Origin: Vitrella brassicaformis CCMP3155
Lineage: Eukaryota; Protista; Chromerida
DNA length: 64,000 nucleotides
Reading direction: 5' to 3'
Assembly: GCA_001179505.1 (NCBI GenBank)
Contig: CDMY01000492.1
Location: 1,753 to 65,752 of the forward strand
Made by a program: the position numbers and the translations under genes. The notes beneath the pieces are model-generated. The model was not told where the DNA came from. It saw only the letters and a program-made list of their open reading frames with translations, and ran no database searches. Shown here piece by piece: positions 46,901 to 60,553 of the stretch (positions are counted from its first letter, which is position 1; each line of letters starts with the position of its first letter).

Positions 46901-49190
46901 CAGGTACGGCTGGTTGTTGACTGCTGCTAATGCTGAGCTCCCAATCGAATAAGAATAAGTGGCTTATAGCCATGTTAGCATCTGTCCCTCGTCATTACTG
47001 AGCTCGCAGGGCCTCCGGCCTTTTTTTCTCCTTAATATGACGGCTGCTCGGGCCACACCTGCCAGCATCATATCCAGCTCGAGCAGCTCTGCAGAATGAG
47101 TACAGAATCGACCCCAGTCTCAGCCGACTCAGCCCATCCGCCCCCGCCGTCTCAGGAGAGCGTCTCTGCAGTGCTGGGAGACGATGTTTCGCCCTTGCAG
47201 CCAGCCGCTGGTCCTGTGCGGTGTTGCCCATGCAACAAAGACCGGAACAGTACCACTGGATCGAGGTGCAAGAGGAAGGGGAAGAAGCGGGGCTGCCCCT
47301 GTTTCGAGAAGGGCAAGAAGTGCACCAACTGCCGTTCCTGTGACCTAGGCATATGTGAGAATCGAGAGCCCGAGGACAATACCTTCACCGCCGAGGAATC
47401 GAACTTTCCCTCTACTCATCCTCGTGCCTTCCACTCGGATGAGTCTTCGCTACGATGCGGATCCGCGGCGTATGTCCCTCCCAAGTGTGCCAGCTGCCAC
47501 ATCCGCCCGGCGTCCTCAAGCAAGGGCATCTGCTACGCCTGCCTCAGCAATGGTGCCGAGCCTCTCCACCGCCCGCCTCCCGCCATACCCCTCGCTCCCC
47601 CTGCTGGCCCTCCGACGTCTTCATTCGTCCAGGAGAGGATTCATGAGGCCTTCGGAGCCACCGATTTCAATCAACAGAGCAACCTCATGGACACCGACTG
47701 GCAGCGCTGGCACGCCCGCCTCGGCCCGCTGCGAGGGTGCCTTTGGGATCCGCCGGGTGCTTCGGGGAAGCGGCTGGCCCGACTGCTTGCAACCGAGGGC
47801 CGTCGGTGGCGTGAGGAGCAGCTGCCGAGTGAGCGCGTCCTCATCTGCGCTTGCACGATTCTCTACCGGGCGCCAGATGTCACTGGCGAGGACATCGCCG
47901 AGACGGTGGAGCGGCGGATGGACCAATGGGAGAAGGGCGACTTCGAGCAGCTCGTACAGGAGGCTGAGCGCAACAACGCCTTCCTGGCCACCAGACCTGT
48001 CGGCAAGGACGACGCCAACGAGGCCACTCTGCGCCAATTCCGTCGCCTCATCGACAAGGGCAAGGTCAGGCAGGCCGTTCGGCTCCTGACCGAGCGGGAA
48101 GGGGGAGGCGCGCTGGACCCCAACGACCTGGCTGAGGCCGACCCTGCGGGCCGCACCGTTCGGGAGGTCCTCGAGTCGAAGCACCCTGCCCAGAGTGACC
48201 CTGACCCATCCTGCTTCCTCGACCGGCCCCTCCCTCCCCTCACCCAGGTCGAGATCACCGCCAACCACATCGAGCGAGCGGCACGGGCAACGAAGGGAGG
48301 CGCCGGCCCTGTTGGTGGCGAGTCATCGGTCTGAAAGATTCTCCTCCTCAAGTGCGGCGCGGCAAGTGCGGAGCTGCGCAGTGAGTTAGCGGCCATGGCC
48401 TCACGCATCGCCAATGAGGACGTGCCCTGGGAGCAGCTGCAGGCCCTGCGCGCATGTCGGCTTATCGGCCTGGACAAGCAACCGGGTGTGCGGCCCATCG
48501 GGATCGAAGAGGTCCTCATGCGCATCATGGGCAAGGCGATGGCCAAGGCGGTCGGGGTGGATGCGGAGATTGTATGCGGTGCGGACCAGCTGTGTGCCGG
48601 GCTCAAGGGGGGCGTGGAGGGTGCCATTCACGCGGTCTCCGGCCCGTTTGACTCGGGAGGCGTGGAGTGCGCGCTGCTGGTGGATGCGACGAACGCCTAC
48701 AACACGATGAATCGCGCTGCCGCCCTGTGGAACGTCCGCGTCTTGTAGCCGTGGTGCTCTCGCTTCCTGTTCAACACCTATCGCGGCCATGCGGCCCTCT
48801 ACATGCGCGACCAATCCGCGCCGCTGTGGAGTCGAGAAGGCACCACACAAGGCGACCCCTTGGCCTCCCTCTTTTACTCCGTGGCGACCCTGCCGCTTGT
48901 ATGGGAGATGAAGCGGCCAGCAGAGGAGGGCCCTCAGGCGTGGTTTGCCGACGACTCCGCCAAGGTGGGAGACCTCCAGCCGGTGCGTGACTGGTGGGAT
49001 GAGCTGCAGCGGAGAGGGCCATTGAGGGGCTATCACCCCAACGGCAAGAAGAGCAAGCTGGTGGTGCGGGCGGGGTGTGAGGAGCGGGCGCAAGAGGTGT
49101 TTGGCGATACTGACGTGGAGATCGTGAGTGGCGCTCGATATATGGGGGGCTTTGTGGGGACCGCAGAGGGCAAGCGGGCCTACGCCACCG

Positions 49191-49490
49191 NNNNNNNNNN
49201 NNNNNNNNNNNNNNNNNNNNNNNNNNNNNNNNNNNNNNNNNNNNNNNNNNNNNNNNNNNNNNNNNNNNNNNNNNNNNNNNNNNNNNNNNNNNNNNNNNNN
49301 NNNNNNNNNNNNNNNNNNNNNNNNNNNNNNNNNNNNNNNNNNNNNNNNNNNNNNNNNNNNNNNNNNNNNNNNNNNNNNNNNNNNNNNNNNNNNNNNNNNN
49401 NNNNNNNNNNNNNNNNNNNNNNNNNNNNNNNNNNNNNNNNNNNNNNNNNNNNNNNNNNNNNNNNNNNNNNNNNNNNNNNNNNNNNNNNNN
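49191..49490. other. Assembly gap (300 N)
   Basis: N run. Confidence 1.
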
Positions 49491-50892
49491 GAGCAGCTCG
49501 TACAGGAGGCTGAGCGCAACAACGCCTTCCTGGCCACCAGACCTGTCGGCAAGGACGACGCCAACGAGGCCACTCTGCGCCAATTCCGTCGCCTCATCGA
49601 CAAGGGCAAGGTCAGGCAGGCCGTTCGGCTCCTGACCGAGCGGGAAGGGGGAGGCGCGCTGGACCCCAACGACCTGGCTGAGGCCGACCCTGCGGGCCGC
49701 ACCGTTCGGGAGGTCCTCGAGTCGAAGCACCCTGCCCAGAGTGACCCTGACCCATCCTGCTTCCTCGACCGGCCCCTCCCTCCCCTCACCCAGGTCGAGA
49801 TCACCGCCAACCACATCGAGCGAGCGGCACGGGCAACGAAGGGAGGCGCCGGCCCTGTTGGTGGCGAGTCATCGGTCTGAAAGATTCTCCTCCTCAAGTG
49901 CGGCGCGGCAAGTGCGGAGCTGCGCAGTGAGTTAGCGGCCATGGCCTCACGCATCGCCAACGAGGACGTGCCCTGGGAGCAGCTGCAGGCCCTGCGCGCA
50001 TGTCGGCTTATCGGCCTGGACAAGCAACTAGGTGTGCGGCCCATCGGGATCGGGGAGGTCCTCATGCGCATCATGGGTAAGGCGATGGCCAAGGCGGTCG
50101 GGGTGAATGCGGAGATCGTGTGCGGTGCGGACCAGCTGTGTGCCGGGCTCAAGGGGGGCGTGGAGGGTGCCAATCACGCGGTCTCCGGCCTGTTTGACTT
50201 GGGAGGCGTAAAGTGCGCGCTGCTGGTGGATGCGACGAACGCCTACAACACGATGAATCGCGCTGCCGCCCTGTGGAACGTCCGCATTTTGTGGCCGCGG
50301 TGCTCACGCTTCCTGTTCAACACCTATCGCGGCCATGCGGCCCTCTACATGCGCGACCAATCCGCGCCGCTGTGGAGCCGAGAAGGGACCACACAAGGCG
50401 ACCCCTTGGCCTCCCTCTTCTACTCTGTGGCCACCCTTCCGCTCGTGTGGGAGATGAAGCGGCCAGCAGAGGAGGGCCCTCAGGCGTGGTTTGCCGACGA
50501 CTCCGCCAAGGTGGGAGGCCTTCAGCCGGTGCGCGACTGGTGGGATGAGCTGTAGCGGAGAGGGCCACTGAGGGGCTATCACCCCAACGGCAAGAAGAGC
50601 AAGCTGGTGGTGCGGGCGGGGTACGAGGAGCGGGCGGAGAGGTGTTTGGCGATACTGACGTGGACATCGTGAGTGGCGCTCGATATATGGGGGGCTTTGT
50701 GGGGACCGCAGAAGGCAAGCGGGCCTACGCCACTGAGAGGGTGCAAGAGTGGCAGCGGTGTGTCAACCGGATGGTGGACGCAGCGGCCAAGTACCCGCAG
50801 GCAGCCCACACGGCACTCACAACGTCTCTGCAGGCCGAGTGGAATTTCTTCATGCGGGTGATGCCTGAGGAACGAGCGACATTCGAGCCGCT

Positions 50893-51192
50893 NNNNNNNN
50901 NNNNNNNNNNNNNNNNNNNNNNNNNNNNNNNNNNNNNNNNNNNNNNNNNNNNNNNNNNNNNNNNNNNNNNNNNNNNNNNNNNNNNNNNNNNNNNNNNNNN
51001 NNNNNNNNNNNNNNNNNNNNNNNNNNNNNNNNNNNNNNNNNNNNNNNNNNNNNNNNNNNNNNNNNNNNNNNNNNNNNNNNNNNNNNNNNNNNNNNNNNNN
51101 NNNNNNNNNNNNNNNNNNNNNNNNNNNNNNNNNNNNNNNNNNNNNNNNNNNNNNNNNNNNNNNNNNNNNNNNNNNNNNNNNNNNNNNNNNNN
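50893..51192. other. Assembly gap (300 N)
   Basis: N run. Confidence 1.
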
Positions 51193-53599
51193 ACGAAGGG
51201 AGGCGCCGGCCCTGTTGGTGGCGAGTCATCGGTCTGAAAGATTCTCCTCCTCAAGTGCGGCGCGGCAAGTGCGGAGCTGCGCAGTGAGTTAGCGGCCATG
51301 GCCTCACGCATCGCCAATGAGGACGTGCCCTGGGAGCAGCTGCAGGCCCTGCGCGCATGTCGGCTTATCGGCCTGGACAAGCAACCGGGTGTGCGGCCCA
51401 TCGGGATCGAAGAGGTCCTCATGCGCATCATGGGCAAGGCGATGGCCAAGGCGGTCGGGGTGGATGCGGAGATTGTATGCGGTGCGGACCAGCTGTGTGC
51501 CGGGCTCAAGGGGGGCGTGGAGGGTGCCATTCACGCGGTCTCCGGCCCGTTTGACTCGGGAGGCGTGGAGTGCGCGCTGCTGGTGGATGCGACGAACGCC
51601 TACAACACGATGAATCGCGCTGCCGCCCTGTGGAACGTCCGCGTCTTGTAGCCGTGGTGCTCTCGCTTCCTGTTCAACACCTATCGCGGCCATGCGGCCC
51701 TCTACATGCGCGACCAATCCGCGCCGCTGTGGAGTCGAGAAGGCACCACACAAGGCGACCCCTTGGCCTCCCTCTTTTACTCCGTGGCGACCCTGCCGCT
51801 TGTATGGGAGATGAAGCGGCCAGCAGAGGAGGGCCCTCAGGCGTGGTTTGCCGACGACTCCGCCAAGGTGGGAGACCTCCAGCCGGTGCGTGACTGGTGG
51901 GATGAGCTGCAGCGGAGAGGGCCATTGAGGGGCTATCACCCCAACGGCAAGAAGAGCAAGCTGGTGGTGCGGGCGGGGTGTGAGGAGCGGGCGCAAGAGG
52001 TGTTTGGCGATACTGACGTGGAGATCGTGAGTGGCGCTCGATATATGGGGGGCTTTGTGGGGACCGCAGAGGGCAAGCGGGCCTACGCCACCGAGAGGGT
52101 GCAGGAGTGATAGCGGTGTGTCAACTGGATGGCGAACGCAGCGGCCAAGTACCCGCAGGCAGCCCACACGGCACTCACAACGTCTCTGCAGGCCGAGTGG
52201 GATTTCTTCATCCGGGTGATGCCTGAGGAATGAGCGACATTCGAGCCGCTGCGAGATGCCCTCACCCACTACCTCACCCAGCTCTCCAGCCATGCGGTGA
52301 CCGCCACTGAGGCCCAGCTGATGATACTGCCTGCGCGTCATGGGGGGATGGGGGTGAGGGACCCGACGGAGCGAGTGGCGGCGGCGTATGAGACGTCCAC
52401 CAAGGGCACTTCCCTGCTGGTGTCCACCATTCAGAACGGCGACCCACGCGACGGCCCTCCATTCAACCCCTTCCAGCACCGTGCCGATATGCAGCAAGCG
52501 GTCAGGCAGGAGCGGCGGGCGACCGATGAGGCTGCCAAGGAGCGCTTCGAGGACGGCCTCCAGCAGCTGCCCCCAGAGAGACGACGGGCGGTCCACCGGG
52601 CGATCGAGGCCAAGACGGCCGGGTGGGTGACTTGCCGGCCTGACGCAGAGGACCACACCGACCTGACGCCTGACGAGTTCCGCGACAACATGGCCATCCG
52701 ATACGCCTACGAGCCTCCCAAAATGCCCACCCACTGCGACGGCTGCGGGGCTCCGTACTCGCTCGACCACGCCCTCAACTGTGGAGTGGGTGGGTTAGTG
52801 ATTCGGCGGCACAACGAGGTGGTGAACGTGCTGTGCGACCTTTCTGCCAAGGCTTGGGGCGAGTCGGCGGTCAGGAAGGAGGTGGTGATTGTGGAGCCCG
52901 AGGAGGGGGAGAAGGGGGTGCGGATGGACATGGTGGTGAGGGGGGTGTGGGAGCGGCAGAAGGACGTGTCGTTTGACCTCTGCGTGACAAACGCTGACGC
53001 GTCATCCTACCGCAACCAATCGACCGCCTCCATCCTCAAGAACAAGGCCAAGGCCAAGGCCAAGAAGGCCTACCACAGCCGTGTGTGCGAGGACAAGTCC
53101 ATCTACTTCACCGCCTTGTGCGTGACGGTGGACGGTGTGTGGGGCAGAGAGGCCAATGGTTTTTTCAGCCGCCTGGTTGAGAAGCTGCGCACCAAGGCTG
53201 CGTGGGCAGACAAGTCGTATAGCCAGGTGATGGGATGGGTTCGTGCTCGTCTGTCTATTGCGTTGGCGCGTAGTGCGAGTATGTGTGTGCGTGGTGGGCG
53301 GCGCCGCTGGAAGATACGCCAGGCGGGCGCTGAGGATGGTGCTGGCATGTTTGTCGTGTGATTTGATTGATGGTTGGTCGATTGACGCAGTTCATTTCAT
53401 GAGAGACCGACAGACTCTGCCTGCCGTTGCGCTATGAGTCAATGTATTTCCACCCCCACTATCGGGTGACCTCAAAGCATCTCCAGTGGGCGAAACCGCC
53501 GGACAGCTCTGAGTGACGTTGGAGCTTCTCCGCTAAGGTGGGGCCACGATTCCATTACGCTTCCACCGAGCCTTCATTCGTTGAGGGAGCTGTCGAGCC

Positions 53600-54150
53600 G
53601 TGTTGACCAAGGAGCGCCTCAGTATGCCGTTGGTTCTGACAGTGGGCCAAGCAGTAGACAGACTCTGGGAGAAGAAGGGATCCCTTGGCATCAGGTCCTC
53701 CAGAGTGAAGACAAAGACCACCCTTCTCGGCCTCGTCGAAAGCGGCTACGAGTCATTGCGAAAAAGTGGATTCGGCCCCTATTTGAGAGAACACCGTGAT
53801 GAGTTTGGGGGTGTCATCAAGGATATCCCTTCCGATGACAATGCAACCGAGAAAAGGCAAGCAAGCTCCAAGAGGCAGCTTCTACGTCGTCGCATTGTAT
53901 CGGCTTTCTTGGAGCTTCAAATCATGCTGATCGGCCTCGCTGTGTGTAGCTTCACTATCAAGGCCTACTACAACATCACAGAAGCCAATAGGATCAGCGC
54001 CCAATGGCTCATGTATGTGTTTCGTGTCTGCCGTGGGTCTGTTCATTGCAGCAGCATTAATTCTTGCAGTTAACTCTTCATGTATGCGCGTACACCAGTT
54101 TGCTGAGGACGAGGGTGGGGAGGACGATGGAGATGAAGAAGATGCATAGC
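53600..54150 (+). pseudogene. Frameshifted paralog of the 27004-27549 membrane ORF
   Basis: Same protein up to WLMYVF, then an extra T shifts the frame. Confidence 0.7.
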
Positions 54151-54639
54151 CTTACTCATCCTACTATACAAAGTACCTCTATCTGTGTACATGTTCGTAA
54201 AATGAATTGTGACGGTGAGACGATATCGAATTCTAATGTGTATGAAGGAGAAAGAAAAGCAAAGCATCCAGAATCACACCCTGTTTTGGCTCCTCTCCAA
54301 TCGAATGACCACGTCACAAACCTGACCACAAGATTACCATGTCAGGGTCAATTTGCAAAGGAGTTTGGACCAAGAATGAAGCCCAATCATTAGGCGGAAA
54401 AATGCATCTCGTTGGCACTAGAGTGGGTGAGGTCGCTTGAGCGTCGTGGGTGGAACGTCGGCATGATCATTGAGACCGAGTGGAGCGGACAGAGGCCCCA
54501 GAAAAAACGAACGCATTATCGTCGAAAAACTGGTCAGTTCCGGTCTTCTCTTCGCCTATTTCTGTGTATGTCTTTCTCTGAGTGTATCATGCAGGCCGGT
54601 TTGGGCATCCATGTGCGAGGGTCGTCATCGTATCACACC

Positions 54640-57600
54640 CACAACCAGCAGCCGCCCCCACCTCCCCCCGACTTCACCGCTGGCAGCGACCCGTTCGCGT
54701 CATGAGTTAGTGATGGCTCAGGGATATGAGAGGCTGGTTTGTGGCCACGAGAAGCGGCCGCTCCGTGAGAAGGATGGGCATCTTCAGTTGGACCGCCGTT
54801 CATGCCCGGCCACACTCCCAACATCCCCTAAGCCTCCTCCATTTCCCCGTTCGTCTCATGTCGACTGGCCGCCTCTACGCTCGCTCCATTCTGGCGAGTC
54901 CCGTCGCTTGAGAATGAGTCCCTCGGATGATCAAATAATGTCGACGTCCGTGTGACTCTTATCCCCTCTCCTCTGCCAGATGTGGTGAGAATGAGAGGGA
55001 ACGATCCCTCATCTGATAGCTTCACCCTCATATTCGCGAGGATCTGTTGTTGAGATTCTGTCTTGCGAAGATGCGTAGCAGGCGACTCGTATGGTGACAT
55101 GCTTTTGACCCCAATCTCCTCCTCACGCCTCTGTGTCGGTCTGATATGTTCTTGGCCTTCTTCCTCACCGTACTGATGTCTTATCGGCTGTTGTGATGCA
55201 TCATGGAGGGCAGTAAGGGGAGGACGCGCTTCCCTTTCGCGATAGACGCCGAACGTGAGCCAGACGTATGAGATGGCGACAAACGCGCAAGCAATGGCTG
55301 TCTGCATGATGTATGTATCGATGGATGTGTATATATATACATGCGTGACCCTGCATGTTATATGTACGTACCTGCAGTATATCCCATCTATCGTCGTTCC
55401 CGAAGAAAAGCGCATTCTAAGTGGACATGATATACATACTTCTACACAACAACGTGCACACATACTAATCGCCCCCATCTACCTGTGGGTTGTCACTCTT
55501 GACCGCGTAACACAATCCAGCACCAGCACACTGACCTGCATACACACATACATACTAACATGATACATGGATATGTATTCATGTACAGAGTATCATGAAG
55601 TGATGTGCATATACAGCATGTGCCTATGCATAGAGGAGCATATGTATACATACATCGTGTACATGTGTGCGTGTCTTCACACCTACCCGCGAGTATCCAT
55701 GTCCACAGGAGGAGGGCTATGGAAGATAACTTGTGATCACGCCAAGACTGCAGATGTATCCATGTATGTATCGTGATACATGAATACGTACATTAATGCA
55801 CATGTACGAGTAAGTTACATGATTTACATACACGCAGTACACAATGAATGCGTACCTGGTAATACAGACTGGTGAGCAACATGGCTGTCACCAAGAGGTG
55901 ACTGACAAGCAAGCACACAATCGTGTGACTCGAGAGAATGACAGAGCGATTCGTTCGTCCATGCCTTATCCAGCGGCACGTCCCATTGCAGAATCACTAT
56001 CATCACACTGATGTGTGAGACCTCTAAAGAGGAGCAGAGCGATCACAGGAGCGCACGCTGAAGTCTGTTTTCACCTGAGAAAAAGTCCGTTTCAGGTGAT
56101 AACGAATTCGATAGATCTTCTACCTTCTCTACTCCTCTCTGGGCACCTGCGAGCTAACCTGAGCTGAGCTTCAAAGGGGATGTCTTGCGAAACTGGTTGT
56201 GCAGATCTTGCGCTCGAGTCACGGAGGGCACGCACAAGGCCGCCCGCGGCTTGTCGAACAACTCAAAGGGGCGCCGTAGCCGCCGAAGCAGATGCAATCT
56301 CCGAAATTCAATAGAGAGATCTTCGAAGTCCAAGTAGAACCTATGGGACTTCGAAGTCATGTCTCCACTCTCGAGCCAATCCACGTGCCAACCCACGTGA
56401 GCGACAGGGCTACAGCGATCTCTTTGACGCTGTAGCGTCTTACCCGGTGGAAGACACAAAGGGAGCGACACAAAGAGACTCAGAGGCCCTGACAAATGAG
56501 GTCGGTGTGATGCATATTACCCGATGTAGATCATGTCACCCGAACGGTATGTAAGACTTGCTGTGGCGCTTAATCAAAATCACCGAAACCCGCAACGTCT
56601 TGCAAAGCACGCGGTCCGGGAAGTCAACAGGGGAGAGTAGCTTAGTTGGCGTGGGCCGGTCGTTCAAATGAGTGATTCTTTGACGGTCCCCTTGACGGCG
56701 TCAAAGTCAGTCGCTTATTCGTTCCATACGCTACGGTGCCCCCGTCAACGGAGGGCTTTCGTCCCTTCGTTTTTCCGGACTCCGTAATTCGTGTGTGGTG
56801 GCGGTCTCGGTGATGATTTTTCCCCTTTGCACAGAGCAGACGAGCCCAGACAAACTGCACCAGGCTGTCGTCCGTCATCTGAAGGTGAATTTGATGCCCT
56901 GTCCATTGCCTGCAAAATTCTTTTCAGAACATGGGTCGTATCTGACCGCCCCTCGGCTCCAGACCAAATTATGCAGCAAACATCCCTCTGCATGGCAGTC
57001 GCAGCGGTCAGACCGCAGCTGGTTTTAAATCATCACGGTTCACTTTGACATTGTCCCCTTCGAGATGTCATGCCCGCATTCCTTGACTGCGTCCCGGCTC
57101 AAGAATACTCAGAAAACCAAGTCATGTCTCGAGCCAATCCACACGCCGACCAGCCAAGGATTCTAGCCCTCTCTTCAACAAAAAACCTCCTGTTTTTGTG
57201 TTACGGCTAATGCAAGTTGTCTCTTCGTGAGACGCGAAAAAAGGGTGGTGTTTAGGGTAAGATTTTTGAAAAAATGGAAGACACGAGAGATAAGGGAGAA
57301 GTGCCGCAGTGCTCAAGGCCATACAGAATGGACGCCTCTTGGCTTTTCTGGAGCCGATCCCGATGCAGTTCTGCTTGAACACGTTTAGACGTGGCGGCGG
57401 TCCCTCAACCAAGGTTCATTTGTCACGGTTGAATGAATTTTTCGAGGTGTGATCCGGCGCATTTCGCGCAAAGAAACACCTTCTGAGCCATGTCTCGAGC
57501 TAATCCATGCGCCAACCAGCCGAGCGGATTGTGTGTCGCTCTCTTGACGAGAAACGGTTTCAACGCTTTCCAAGAGTAACTTCCGCCGTCCACAGACAGG

Positions 57601-57850
57601 CAAGGCGGCAGCTCTGCACGTGGAAGACTCTGGGATTCTGTGCATACGGCGTGTCGTGCTTGTCCAAAGCTGACCACATCCAGGACACGTGAGTTGCAAG
57701 CTTGCATGCAGACACTTTTCAGAAATGTTTCCTCTGTCTGCTTTCCTCTGCCTTGTAGGCTCGAGCCCAGGGCGACGACAAGGGGGTCTCCGACACACAG
57801 CGACTGCACCGAGGTTACAAGCAACAAGCACGCTTCAAGGGCCTTCGGAG
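54640..57850 (-). pseudogene. Degenerate multi-exon gene of unknown function
   Basis: Protein-like ORF pieces with stops; recurring motif GW/GR-x2-3-WL (LGWLAHGLARD, AGRRVDWLET, VGWHVDWLES). Confidence 0.3.
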
Positions 57851-58599
57851 GTTAATGGCTGCCTTAATGCTAGAGATGATTGGGCGCCGTGCGAAGGAAA
57901 AGGACATGGCGTTCTCGTCGTGCTGAAAAAATGACATTGTACCGGAATGGGTCGTCGAATCTATTGGTCCACTTCACTGCTTGTCGTGTCATGCAGTATG
58001 CCCGTATATATGCACGTTCACAGTCATTCAAAGAGGACACTTGGACAGAGATATCAGAGCACACGCCACGCCACGTACACACGCACATGTAGATAAACAC
58101 ATGCACCATGGAACACGCCACAATCCATGAATACGTCATGTCATGCACCCTCCCGACCCCTCCGACCCCCCCCCTCGTCCTCACTCACCATTGAAAAATG
58201 ACAGCGGACAGCACACACCGGCACACCGAGAGCACCACCGGACATCACAATATGAACCCACCGGCATGGATGCATGCATCCCACACCACAGACGACGGCG
58301 GCAGCACTCTTGACAACATGATACCATGCAAAGACATGTTCCACCTTTGACACGCACCGCACATGCATGCAACTGCGCGGAGACGTCAGCTGCGCTGGTC
58401 TCCCGTCAATCAGTCAATCCACAAGGGCACAGTCAGCAAACGGGGGCAGAAAACAAACCACACATGCGTGCACGTGTGTGCTCATCCATGCCCTTCCCCC
58501 TCCCCCCAACCCCCAACCCCCGACACACGTTCATTGCACACCAACACAGCACGACCCCCCGACCCCCCTCCCTCCCAGAATATGAGCACACACCACAAA

Positions 58600-58994
58600 G
58601 CTCACCCCGCCCGCCCGACAGACAGACAGACAGACAGACAGACGAGGGGGCCAAGGGGGCCAAGGGGGCCAATGGCAGCAAACAGCCAATCAGAAACTGA
58701 CCATACGAACGAGCACACGAGTCAGTCGAAAACGTCTTATCGATGACCGGCGTTTTCGGCCACTCATGGTCTTTTGTGATCTCTCTTATTCACTGCTTTC
58801 TCATCTCTCTCTTCAACAGACATTTTCCCCTTTGTGATTGAAAAAGGACACTGGGACACATGTAGACAGAGTGAAGGACACTGGCAGCAGTCTCTGCCCC
58901 TAACCCACCACCCACCCCCGGAGACGCAGACACACAGACGCAAACACAAATACAAACACAGACACAGACACAGACACACGCACAAACAGACAGA
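58600..58994. repeat. Microsatellite-rich tract ((CAGA)n, (GGGGGCCAA)3, (ACAG/ACAC)n) adjoining a gap
   Basis: Visible simple repeats. Confidence 0.85.
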
Positions 58995-59294
58995 NNNNNN
59001 NNNNNNNNNNNNNNNNNNNNNNNNNNNNNNNNNNNNNNNNNNNNNNNNNNNNNNNNNNNNNNNNNNNNNNNNNNNNNNNNNNNNNNNNNNNNNNNNNNNN
59101 NNNNNNNNNNNNNNNNNNNNNNNNNNNNNNNNNNNNNNNNNNNNNNNNNNNNNNNNNNNNNNNNNNNNNNNNNNNNNNNNNNNNNNNNNNNNNNNNNNNN
59201 NNNNNNNNNNNNNNNNNNNNNNNNNNNNNNNNNNNNNNNNNNNNNNNNNNNNNNNNNNNNNNNNNNNNNNNNNNNNNNNNNNNNNNNNNNNNNN
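58995..59294. other. Assembly gap (300 N)
   Basis: N run. Confidence 1.
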
Positions 59295-59505
59295 AAAGAA
59301 ACACCCGGGGCAGACCCCGACGTTCGTCCTGCGTGAGAGGACCGATCCGTCCGTACGCCACACGTCGCACAATGCGGCAGCATGCCTCACTCTGCTCACC
59401 CGTTCAGAGGGGAGGGGTCTTCCGTCAAGTCGACACTGGCCAGGTCGGACGCTTCCGGCACCCAGACACCAACCTCGTTGACGAAACTGCACGCACACCC
59501 ACCTA

Positions 59506-60553
59506 TCACTTGATGTGATAGGCACTCAATGAGTTGTACTTGACGATGGCGCAACTGGTGAAGTCCACCGATTCCGATCTTTCATCGGTGATCTGAGATA
59601 AGTAGCAAGCGAGAACATCACAAACGTGCCACCAGTCAGCATAGACGGGCCTCTCTGACCGTAAAGAAGGTCAATGTGTCGACGGTCTGGTCATTGAGGG
59701 CCTCCCTGATGCACACGTTGAATCGGACAGTTTTGACATTCCTCCCTCCTTGCGGATCCTTAACCGAAACTGCAGGAAGAAGTCGTCGGTATTATCTGTT
59801 CGTACCGCATACACAGAACGTCGGCACCTTAGTGGCTCAAGATACTTCCTTCTCGCATACCGATCACAATGAAGTTGGGCGTCACCTCCGTGTCGTATTC
59901 CTGGCAACCCCACGAAAGTGGTGATTTTGCGAATGCATTAATGCGCAAGGGAGTTGGCCTTACTGCTGAGATTTCTCGCAGAATCAGCTCGGCTGTTTGC
60001 GCATTGAAATCCCGGATTTTGGGAGAGCTGGCGCCAGGTAGACCGACGTTGAGGACGCCCTCGTCGAGCACCTGCAATGGACAGAACTCCCACCTGGTCA
60101 CTCAGTGCCCGTTCTCTGCGTGTCTACCCTCTCAAAGGTGCCTTCGGCGTCTTCTCGTGCAGGGTAGGACGCGTCACATTCTGGCAGGTCGAAGCTCGCA
60201 GCTGGAAAGGTCGTGTTCAGCAGGTCCAAATACTCTTCCGACTCGCGGACCTAGCGGATGGCAGGGAACACAGCGTGGTTTCGTCAGGAGGCAGACCGGC
60301 GGCACCTCACGGTTTTGATGGCTGTGCTAAGTGCTGCGTTGAGCTGCACGTCTCCAATGTCACCGGTCACGTAGGGATCCGCCGGCTCCTTGGTGCCTGC
60401 GATCGCATCCCGAAGTTCACCGACCAACTCCAGAAGTTCACCGAGAAACTGCGCCTTGCTGATCTCCGTGGGGGCGGCAGCCACCGATGGAAGCGACACA
60501 ACGAGGGAGCAGAGAAGAGAGAACAACACGCTCACCGAGGGGGGGACCGACAT
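59506..60553 (-). CDS. Hypothetical secreted protein (multi-exon)
   Basis: Signal-peptide-like MSVPPSVSVLFSLLCSLVVSLPSVAA|APTE; following exon-like ORFs end VKYNSLSAYHIK-stop. Confidence 0.5.

Larger units (their letters stand above)
47096..53361 (+). mobile_element. CRE/R2-like non-LTR retrotransposon, family 3, present as three overlapping partial copies separated by gaps
   Basis: N-terminal Cys clusters; RT motifs RPIGIGEVLMR, QLCAG, VDATNAYN, EGTTQGDPLA, FADD; knuckle CDGCGAPYSLDHALNC; RHNE; RLE RMDMVV..FDLCVT..KKAYH; several premature stops. Confidence 0.95.

Noticed and set aside
47030-47100. HDV-like ribozyme in the CRE 5' UTR
   Set aside because: Only an 8-bp hairpin (GCTGCTCG/CGAGCAGC) is evident; the nested double-pseudoknot elements could not be assigned
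58640-58675. Collagen-like GAK/GPR repeats
   Set aside because: Only three 9-bp units inside a microsatellite tract
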